From NCBI GenBank assembly GCA_017404545.1, contig JAFRCC010000001.1, positions 2,335 through 66,334 of the forward strand: a stretch of 64,000 nucleotides of DNA, read 5' to 3'. Made by a program: the position numbers and the translations under genes. The notes beneath the pieces are model-generated. The model did not search any database and was not told where the DNA came from. It saw only the letters and a list, made by a program, of their open reading frames with translations. The first letter of the stretch is position 1; every line of letters begins with the position of its first letter. Shown here piece by piece: positions 1 to 7,283 of the stretch. The DNA comes from Clostridia bacterium. Its GTDB lineage: Bacteria > Bacillota > Clostridia > TANB77 > CAG-508.

Positions 1-1
1 G

Positions 2-205
2 CCAATTGTTTCAAGCACATATTGGAATGAAGTACATGGATTCACAAAAGAAGATGTTGAGAAAGATAAAGAAGGATTACAAATAATGAGAAATCTTGGA
101 AGAAATATGGCATTTATGATAAAAGCAATTAATCTTGGAAAAGAGCAATATGGAATTCCTCAAAATGAAAGAGGCGCATTTACAAGCTTTCCAGATGGAT
201 TATAA
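2..205 (+). CDS. 3' end of a flavin reductase / iron-sulfur flavoprotein-like gene (start outside window)
   Basis: Frame 2 is open from the window edge to TAA 203-205. ..YWNEVHGFTKEDVEKDKEGLQIMRNLGRNMAFMIKAINLG.. resembles C-termini of NADPH-dependent FMN reductase family proteins. Confidence 0.45.
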   Translation, partial: PIVSSTYWNEVHGFTKEDVEKDKEGLQIMRNLGRNMAFMIKAINLGKEQYGIPQNERGAFTSFPDGL

Positions 206-230
206 ATAAAATATGAAAAGGAGGAAAAAG

Positions 231-710
231 ATGAAAACGTTACTTGTTTATTATTCTTATACAGGGAATACTAAAATCATTGTTGATATGATAAAGGATA
301 AAATTGACTGTGATGTTTTAGAATTAAAACCAAAGACACCATTTTTAATAGATGATTATCAAGAAATTGTAGATGAATATCAATCAAATGAATCAACTAA
401 AAAGTGTGTAGAAATTGAAGCTATAAATGTAGATTTAAATGATTACGACAAAATAATTATTGGAACTTCTGTATGGTGGTATACAATAACACCAGTTGTA
501 AGAGAATTCTTAAAGAAAAATGATTTAAGTAAAAAGAAAGTATATGCTTTTGCAACAAATGCTGGTTGGCTTGGCAGAACTTTTAAGGAAATTGAAAGCT
601 ACTGTAAGTTAGAAAATACTCTTAATATTCAATTCACAGAAGATTGGAGAGAGCATACTTATTTAACTTCGGATGAAGAAATTAGCAAATGGATAGAAGA
701 AATTAAGTAA
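231..710 (+). CDS. flavodoxin-like protein
   Basis: ORF 213-710. AGGAGG at 219-224 lies 6 nt before ATG 231. MKTLLVYYSYTGNTK is a flavodoxin-type FMN phosphate-binding loop. Confidence 0.8.
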   Translation: MKTLLVYYSYTGNTKIIVDMIKDKIDCDVLELKPKTPFLIDDYQEIVDEYQSNESTKKCVEIEAINVDLNDYDKIIIGTSVWWYTITPVVREFLKKNDLSKKKVYAFATNAGWLGRTFKEIESYCKLENTLNIQFTEDWREHTYLTSDEEISKWIEEIK

Positions 711-741
711 TATTAAATATTAAAACTTAGGAGGTATTATT

Positions 742-1266
742 ATGAGTCTATTTGGAGAGAAAAAAGAAAGTTATAAGGATAAGAAAAGCTTAGTTATTTA
801 TTTTTCAAGAGCTGATGAGAATTATGCAGTTGGATATATTGACAAGGGTAACACTGAATATATTGCAGAATTTGTACAGGAATTTACAAATGCTGATTTA
901 TTCAGAGTTGACCCACTAGTACCATATAGTAAAGATTATATGACATGTATCGAGGAAGCTAAACAAAGAGTTGGAAATGCACCAATAAAGGAAAGTATTC
1001 CAGATATATCTGGATATGAAGTTATTTATATAATGAGTCCAATATACTGGGGAACATATGCTCCAGAGCTTGAAACAGCATTAAAGAAGCTAGATTTTAC
1101 TGGAAAGACAATTCGTATTGTTACGACTCATGAAGGATCAGGCTTAGCTAATGTACCAAATGATGTAAAAAGAGCTTGTAAAAATGCAAATGTACTAAAT
1201 GACGCAATTGCAATTAGAGGGGCAGATTGTAAAAATGCAAGAAGCAAAGTAGAAAATTGGATATAG
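742..1266 (+). CDS. flavodoxin family protein
   Basis: 174-aa ORF with a GGAGG RBS. The LVIYFSRADENYAVG and SPIYWG motifs are shared with the next paralog. Confidence 0.8.
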   Translation: MSLFGEKKESYKDKKSLVIYFSRADENYAVGYIDKGNTEYIAEFVQEFTNADLFRVDPLVPYSKDYMTCIEEAKQRVGNAPIKESIPDISGYEVIYIMSPIYWGTYAPELETALKKLDFTGKTIRIVTTHEGSGLANVPNDVKRACKNANVLNDAIAIRGADCKNARSKVENWI

Positions 1267-1288
1267 ATATTGAAGAAAGGAATTTTTT

Positions 1289-2032
1289 ATGAGTAAAAAA
1301 ATTATTGGTTTAATTATTGCAATTCTTATAATAGTAGCTGCCATTTTTGGAATTATATATTTAGTAAATAATGATGTTTTAGGAAATAAAAACGAAGATA
1401 ATGATTCTTCAAAAGCTGTTGGTACATCTATTGGTAATGATGAGAATAAAAATGGTAATGGTGAACAAGATAAAAATGATACAGACAATGAAAATGATGA
1501 GAATTCAAGAAAGATTTTAATTGCATATTTTTCAAGAGCTGATGAAAATTATTCTGTTGGAACTGTTGAGGTCGGTAATACAGAAATAATGGCAGGTTTT
1601 ATAAGAGACTATTTTGGTAATAATGTAGATACATTTAAGATTGATCCAGTTAATGCGTATCCGGCAAACTATAACGAGTGCACAACTGTGGCTCAAAAAG
1701 AAAAAAATGAGAATGCAAGACCAGAATTTAAAAATCCAGAGTTTATAGATATTTCCAAATACGATACAATATTCCTAGGATATCCAATTTGGTGGGAAGA
1801 AGTACCAATGGTAGTAAATACATTTTTAGAAGAATACGATTTTTCAGGGAAGACGATAATACCATTTTGCACACATGAAGGCTCTGGCAATGCAGGTACA
1901 TTTGCTAGATTATCAAGTAAATTAGCATCAAGTAAAGTTAATACAAATGGTCTAGCAATCAGAGGAACTGATGCAAGAAAAGAAGAATCTAGAGCTACTG
2001 TTGAAAATTGGTTAAAAGGATTAGGGTTTTAA
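1289..2032 (+). CDS. membrane-anchored flavodoxin family protein
   Basis: 247-aa ORF. It has an N-terminal hydrophobic helix, an Asn/Asp-rich linker, then a flavodoxin-like domain (LIAYFSRADENYSVG, YPIWWEE) paralogous to 742-1266. Confidence 0.75.
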   Translation: MSKKIIGLIIAILIIVAAIFGIIYLVNNDVLGNKNEDNDSSKAVGTSIGNDENKNGNGEQDKNDTDNENDENSRKILIAYFSRADENYSVGTVEVGNTEIMAGFIRDYFGNNVDTFKIDPVNAYPANYNECTTVAQKEKNENARPEFKNPEFIDISKYDTIFLGYPIWWEEVPMVVNTFLEEYDFSGKTIIPFCTHEGSGNAGTFARLSSKLASSKVNTNGLAIRGTDARKEESRATVENWLKGLGF

Positions 2033-2035
2033 TAA

Positions 2036-2128
2036 GTGAAAAAGAAAAATGTAATAAAAATAGTAATAGATATTGCAATGCTTGTAATTATGCTATTAGA
2101 GTATTCTAAAGTATATACGGGACAATAA
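2036..2128 (+). pseudogene. possible truncated remnant of a DUF4405-like membrane protein (30 codons)
   Basis: GTG 2036 to TAA 2126-2128 gives VKKKNVIKIVIDIAMLVIMLLEYSKVYTGQ. From memory this looks like the first helix of small membrane proteins often found next to such flavodoxins. It is far shorter than a full gene. Confidence 0.3.
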
Positions 2129-2202
2129 GCTGTATTGTATATAATTTAGATAGTATTGGTAAAAAAACGAGAGAGAAGGAGAATAAATAAGGAGGGCTAA
2201 TT

Positions 2203-2628
2203 ATGAATAAAGAAGAATTTGATAAAGCAAATGTTTTTGGTTTGGGCAATCCAAATGTTAATTATGCTCAATATTTTATAGGAAATTCGTATTTGAATCC
2301 TCTTACAGAATATGGAAAATGTCCAGTATTTTTAGCAAATGTTACATTTGAACCAGGATGCAGAAATAATTGGCATATTCATCATGCTAAAAGTGGTGGA
2401 GGACAACTTCTTATATGTACGGCAGGAAGCGGTTGGTATCAGGAAGAAGGTAAAGAAGCGGTTGAACTTAAACCAGGAGTTGTAATAACAATTCCTGCGA
2501 ATGTAAAACATTGGCATGGGGCTAAAAAAGATTCATGGTTTTCTCATATAGCTGTGGAAGTACCAGGAGAAGAGACATCCAATGAATGGTGCGAGCCGGT
2601 TTCTGATGGAGAATATAACAAATTATAA
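2203..2628 (+). CDS. cupin domain protein
   Basis: 141-aa ORF with an AAGGAGGG RBS. The pattern GCRNNWHIHH ... NVKHWHG is typical of cupin_2 metal sites. Confidence 0.8.
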   Translation: MNKEEFDKANVFGLGNPNVNYAQYFIGNSYLNPLTEYGKCPVFLANVTFEPGCRNNWHIHHAKSGGGQLLICTAGSGWYQEEGKEAVELKPGVVITIPANVKHWHGAKKDSWFSHIAVEVPGEETSNEWCEPVSDGEYNKL

Positions 2629-2649
2629 TTAAGAAAAGGAGAGATTAAT

Positions 2650-3510
2650 ATGGAATATTTAAATTTAAATGATGGAAATAAAATTCCAGCTATGGGAATT
2701 GGAACTTTTTTATTAACACCAGATCAAGCAGAGGCTTCTGTTTATAATAGCTTAAAAGATGGCTACGAATTAATTGATACAGCTAATGCATATGTAAACG
2801 AAAAAGCTGTTGGCAGAGCGATAAAAAAAGCAATAGAAGATGGAATAACAACCAGAGATAAAGTTTATTTAGAAACTAAAATATGGCCTTCTTTTTATGA
2901 AGAAGAGGAGGCTGTTGATAAGACATTAGAAAGACTTGGATTAGACTATATTGATATGTTAATATTACATCAACCAGCAGGAAACTATGTAGCTGGATAT
3001 AAAATGCTCGAAAAAGCTAAAAAAGAAGGTAAAGTAAAATCAATTGGTATTTCTAATTTTAGTATAGAGCAAATAAAAGATTTAATGTCTCAAACAGAAA
3101 TTATACCAAGCTTAATTCAAGTAGAAGCACATCCATATTATCCACAAACAGAGCTAAAAGAGTTCTTAAAGCAGTATAATATTGTTTTACAAGCATGGTA
3201 TCCACTTGGAGGAAAAGGAAACGATTCAGTACTTAGCGAAGAAATATTTGCTAAGATAGGAGAAAAGAATGGTAAGTCATCAGCTCAAGCAATATTAAGA
3301 TGGCATGTTGACTCAAATAATATTGTTATACCGGGATCTAGTAATCCAGATCATATTCGTCAAAATATTGATATATTTGATTTTAAATTATCAGATGAAG
3401 ATATGAAGGAAGTTGCTAAACTTAATAAAAATACACCATTTTATATTTCAACACAAGATAAATTAGATGGATATGCTCTATGGAGACCAGATGTTGATGG
3501 TCAAAAATAA
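2650..3510 (+). CDS. aldo/keto reductase
   Basis: 286-aa ORF with the AKR hallmarks IDTANAYVNE, LETKIW, LILHQP, GISNF and IPGSSNPDHIRQN. Confidence 0.9.
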   Translation: MEYLNLNDGNKIPAMGIGTFLLTPDQAEASVYNSLKDGYELIDTANAYVNEKAVGRAIKKAIEDGITTRDKVYLETKIWPSFYEEEEAVDKTLERLGLDYIDMLILHQPAGNYVAGYKMLEKAKKEGKVKSIGISNFSIEQIKDLMSQTEIIPSLIQVEAHPYYPQTELKEFLKQYNIVLQAWYPLGGKGNDSVLSEEIFAKIGEKNGKSSAQAILRWHVDSNNIVIPGSSNPDHIRQNIDIFDFKLSDEDMKEVAKLNKNTPFYISTQDKLDGYALWRPDVDGQK

Positions 3511-3521
3511 TTTGTATCAAG

Positions 3522-3676
3522 TTGCTTGAAAAATGCGTGTGCATGTGCCCCTGAGGACTTCGATGATCTTTCTGTAAAGAGGAACTGATACCACTTCATT
3601 AAGTTGGTAAATGTTCGTCCCGTAAAGTAATCAGACTAGGAGACCATCAAGCAAAAAAGCTTGGTGGTTTCTTTGG
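3522..3676 (+). ncRNA. unassigned GC-enriched structured element ending in an intrinsic terminator (3' UTR-derived or independent small RNA)
   Basis: Composition is visibly GC-richer than the flanks. There is no credible ORF or RBS, several local hairpins, and a terminator at the 3' end. I recognised no known RNA family. Confidence 0.35.
3640..3676 (+). terminator. intrinsic terminator
   Basis: 13-bp stem GAGACCATCAAGC / GCTTGGTGGTTTC (two G-U pairs) with an A6 loop, followed by a T-rich tail. Confidence 0.7.
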
Positions 3677-3821
3677 CTCTTAAATTAAAATAAAAAAGTA
3701 TATATAAGTTAATATATTCAAAAAGTGATGTGCTTTGATGTGGATAAAAGATACTATCTATAATAACAGACGAATTAAGAGCAAACTAAAAGGAATGTAT
3801 CCTATACAAAGTCTACATAAA

Positions 3822-3850
3822 TTGACTTCCTGGCAAAAATCTGGTATAAT
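3822..3850 (+). promoter_or_regulatory. sigma-A type promoter for the large orphan gene
   Basis: TTGACT (3822-3827), 17-nt spacer, TGgTATAAT extended -10 (TATAAT at 3845-3850). Confidence 0.6.
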
Positions 3851-3876
3851 TGTAGAAATGTTTTTTGGGGGTATAT

Positions 3877-6396
3877 ATGGAATTAGATGATGAAATGTTG
3901 GTAAAAATATTATTCGAAGCTTCAATAATTCAAGATAAAATTGCAAGAATAGATGGAGATAAATGCGAAGTAGTATTGCCAGATGGAAGTCGTAAGGAAT
4001 TTTCAAGGAAGAAGATATCTCAGGCAATAAGACTAGGACTTGAAGATACATATGCGTATGCAGAAGCATATTTTGAATTAGTATCTGGATTGAGTTCTAC
4101 AGGGAAAATAAATAACAGATCAAAAGAAATTGAAGAGTACGTAAATCACATTAAAGATTCTATAGAACAAGAAATAGATAAAAAATATCGTGAAAAATTA
4201 TTGAGTAATGATGAGAGGCAGGAATTACTATGCAAGGAATATGTAAAAAGGGTGAATAGCAATTGTGTAGGGTTATTGTATATTATGCAAAGAATACAGG
4301 AAAATTTTCCACAGTCTGAACAAGAAGCTCCATATTTTGATGAGATAACTAAAAAAACTTTACAAATTATGAATCATGTATGTGAGTATGAGCCAAATTT
4401 TAAAGAAGGAGTGTTGGCAAATTTATTTGATAATTCTGCATCAAATAGAGTATTGGAAACCATAAAAAGGAGTTTTAGACAAACCAAATTTCTATCAGAT
4501 GAAGAAGTAATACTATTTATTAATCGATATATGAGTGAAGATGAATTAAAAAGCTTTATTCATAAACATGGAGATATTTTTATAAAACGTGGACCTGTAG
4601 TAAAATTTTTAACAGAACGAAATGACGGGCAAACTAACAATTCAAAATCAGGATTAATGAGCAAAGATGAATTTTACGGAAATATTGATGAAAAAGTTTT
4701 AGAAGAAGTATTTCTTCATACTGGAGCAAGGTATATTTTAAAATACTTATCTGGTGAATTTATAAAAGAGATGTATGAAAGAGAAGAAATAAATTTTCAA
4801 ACATATGTTAAATATGCTCCTAAAAGAGATATAGTAGATATGTATTTTAGCGGAGAATTAGATGTGGCATTATATCACAACAATATATCTATTACAGAAA
4901 TTCTTCAGCTGGAAATTCCTCAGGAAGATATGATAAAAGCTCTCACAGACAAAAGAGGTAGGGCTTTATTTCACCACGATGAAACAGCAGAAATATGGCG
5001 TATGTTTGAAAGTGGAAAAATTTCTATAGATACAGTTAGAGCAATGGAAAGGTTAAAATATTTTTCGTCTCAAGCTCTAGTTAATTTATATTACAAGAGC
5101 AATGCAAGAAAAATTGCTGCAGAGCTTGGAGAGGTAGATTCATTATCAAATGAAAAGTTACTTAAATATTTTACACCAGATGTTGTATATGGTATTTTAA
5201 AGAGAACATTAAATGATAGTGAAAAATCATTTTATAATAAAGATTTAAAAGGTATCTATGAAATTGCAAATGAGAATCTAGAAGATAATATTTCTGAACA
5301 AATTGATGAAAACGACAAAGAGAATAAATCGGAAGTGTATTTTGATTTATACGAAAAAGGATTCTTTTCAGCGAGAGCACTTGCTAATCATGAAATTGCT
5401 GAAGAGGACGCAGAAGCATATTGTAATAGGAAAAACAAAGAAAAAACAATTTTAATAGATTTTTTTAATAATGGTGTTATATCTCAAGATGTAATCTTTA
5501 GCTTATATAGTGACAATTTCGATGAAAAGGCTTTAGAATTAATAAATGCTGGAATGAGTGCTAAAGTAATCCAGGGGCTATATTCTACTGCCGAAATTAT
5601 AAGATTAATAAATAAATCAGAATTATCGTTATCAAGTGTTTTAGAAATAAAATCCGACATAAATACTGGATTAAATACGGATAATAGCCAAGCTAGGCAA
5701 AATGTACCAAATCTTTTAGATTTGTATTTAAAAGGTGAACTCGATTATGCTGAATTATATGGATTGGCAAGTAGCGGAATAATAACGATAGATGAAGCAA
5801 ATGAAATAAATGAAAAATATAATATATTAAAGGACTGGGAAGATTTAAAGAAACAAGGTGTTGAAGGACATCCACTTATAGGAGGAAATCAGCAAGATCC
5901 TACATCTAATAATTCAAATCCATCTGGTTCAAAGGATGTAATAGGAATTGATGATGGATGTATCATAGATTTTTATGTTGCGTTAGGTGCTACAGAATAT
6001 CTAGAAATTGATTCAAAAAAGTGTCCAGTTTTCAAAGATTATATTATTATTCCAGTTTTCCAGAAGAAAGTTGCGTATCTAGAAGGGAAAGATGGTAGAA
6101 CATATATTGTTCCAATCAAGATTGTTTTGGAGCAGATAAACAATCCGCGAAGTGAGCTTGATTTAATTGGTAATGCTCCGTCAAGAAATGATTTTAATAA
6201 TAATAAAAAATATATTCGAGGAGCAAATCATACAAGAAATTGGGGAAGAAATGTTGTTATGAAAATGGCAGAGCTTCCATCTGTTCCAATGACAACAGAT
6301 GAAGCAGAAGAATTTTTAAAGAAAAAGCAAGACATCATTACAAGTATTCAAAACTCGTACGATACAAGAAAAATTGGATGCAATCACAAAAGGTAA
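3877..6396 (+). CDS. large hypothetical protein (839 aa from ATG 3877), mostly helical with a distinct C-terminal domain
   Basis: ORF 3865-6396. GGGGG lies 5 nt before ATG 3877. I recognised no catalytic motif. Degenerate repeats of the type LYxxGxISxxE occur between about residues 520 and 660. Confidence 0.75.
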   Translation: MELDDEMLVKILFEASIIQDKIARIDGDKCEVVLPDGSRKEFSRKKISQAIRLGLEDTYAYAEAYFELVSGLSSTGKINNRSKEIEEYVNHIKDSIEQEIDKKYREKLLSNDERQELLCKEYVKRVNSNCVGLLYIMQRIQENFPQSEQEAPYFDEITKKTLQIMNHVCEYEPNFKEGVLANLFDNSASNRVLETIKRSFRQTKFLSDEEVILFINRYMSEDELKSFIHKHGDIFIKRGPVVKFLTERNDGQTNNSKSGLMSKDEFYGNIDEKVLEEVFLHTGARYILKYLSGEFIKEMYEREEINFQTYVKYAPKRDIVDMYFSGELDVALYHNNISITEILQLEIPQEDMIKALTDKRGRALFHHDETAEIWRMFESGKISIDTVRAMERLKYFSSQALVNLYYKSNARKIAAELGEVDSLSNEKLLKYFTPDVVYGILKRTLNDSEKSFYNKDLKGIYEIANENLEDNISEQIDENDKENKSEVYFDLYEKGFFSARALANHEIAEEDAEAYCNRKNKEKTILIDFFNNGVISQDVIFSLYSDNFDEKALELINAGMSAKVIQGLYSTAEIIRLINKSELSLSSVLEIKSDINTGLNTDNSQARQNVPNLLDLYLKGELDYAELYGLASSGIITIDEANEINEKYNILKDWEDLKKQGVEGHPLIGGNQQDPTSNNSNPSGSKDVIGIDDGCIIDFYVALGATEYLEIDSKKCPVFKDYIIIPVFQKKVAYLEGKDGRTYIVPIKIVLEQINNPRSELDLIGNAPSRNDFNNNKKYIRGANHTRNWGRNVVMKMAELPSVPMTTDEAEEFLKKKQDIITSIQNSYDTRKIGCNHKR

Positions 6397-6417
6397 CTCC
6401 ATAAGTAGAAAATTATT

Positions 6418-6449
6418 AAGAGCAGATAATTGAAAAATTATCTGCTCTT
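6418..6449 (+). terminator. stem-loop terminator after the orphan gene
   Basis: 14-bp perfect stem AAGAGCAGATAATT / AATTATCTGCTCTT. The T-tract is weak. Confidence 0.6.
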
Positions 6450-6617
6450 GTGATATTATAAGCGAAACTAATAAGAAATTTATTATATAATGGAGGATGC
6501 GAAAATTGTCGCATTCTTTTTTCGTAAATTAACAAAAATGTATTGTAATATAAAATGTACAATGCTATAATTCAAATCGATAAACATTTATCGAATTATA
6601 GGAAAGGAGAAAAGATA

Positions 6618-7214
6618 TTGGCTATTTCAGTAGTTACATTAGGAAGGTTACCAAAGTATTTAAGAATACTTAAAAAAATGCAATTGGAAAACATCAATAA
6701 TGTGTCATCTACAAGTATAGCTAAGGAACTAGGGTTTAATCCAATACAAGTTCGAAAGGATTTAGCTTGTGTTAGCAAAACAGATGGTAAACCAGGAGTA
6801 GGATTTGTAGTAAATGACCTTATCAATGATATTGAGGAGTTTTTAAATATAAATAAATCTAAGGATATCATTGTAATTGGAGCTGGTAGACTTGGTCAAG
6901 CACTGATGAATTATTCTGGATTTGAAAATAAGATTAGAGTTGTTAGAGCTTTTGATGTTGATAAGAAAAAGTGCGATAACAAGAAGATATTTTTAATGAG
7001 TGGTTTAAAAAACTATGTTAAGAAAAATAAAATTAGTGTAGCAATTATAACAGTTCCAAGAGAAGCTGCACAAGTAGTTTGTGATAAGCTTATAGATTGT
7101 GGTATAAAAGTTATTTGGAATTTTGCTCCAATAAATTTAAAAGTGCCAGAAAATATAAGAATTAAAAACGAAGACTTGTCTGCATCATTAGCTATATTGC
7201 TAAATAGTTATTAA
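6618..7214 (+). CDS. rex: redox-sensing transcriptional repressor Rex
   Basis: ORF 6555-7214. AAAGGAG RBS precedes TTG 6618. It has an N-terminal winged helix (RLPKYLRILKKM) and a Rossmann GAGRLGQAL motif. Its position directly upstream of adhE is typical. Confidence 0.85.
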   Translation: MAISVVTLGRLPKYLRILKKMQLENINNVSSTSIAKELGFNPIQVRKDLACVSKTDGKPGVGFVVNDLINDIEEFLNINKSKDIIVIGAGRLGQALMNYSGFENKIRVVRAFDVDKKKCDNKKIFLMSGLKNYVKKNKISVAIITVPREAAQVVCDKLIDCGIKVIWNFAPINLKVPENIRIKNEDLSASLAILLNSY

Positions 7215-7283
7215 TATTTTCCAAAGCATGTATTAAAATACAATAAATGAATAACCTAAATAAAAATAAGGAGGAGAGCAACG

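Noticed and set aside
3550-3600. Hammerhead-like core (CTGAGGA ... hairpin ... GGAAC) in the GC-rich block after the aldo-keto reductase.
   Set aside because: The conserved CUGANGA / GAAA spacing around stem II and a plausible stem I/III with a cleavage site could not be assembled. The resemblance is limited to one heptamer.
6542-6563. Dyads ATTGTA-N10-TACAAT (6542-6563) and TGTATT-AA-AATACA (7229-7242), considered as Rex operators upstream of rex and adhE.
   Set aside because: Their spacing and half-sites do not fit the Rex box as I remember it (TTGTGAA/TTGTTAA-N4-TTCACAA/TTAACAA). AT-rich palindromes are also frequent by chance here. They need a position weight matrix scan before any claim.
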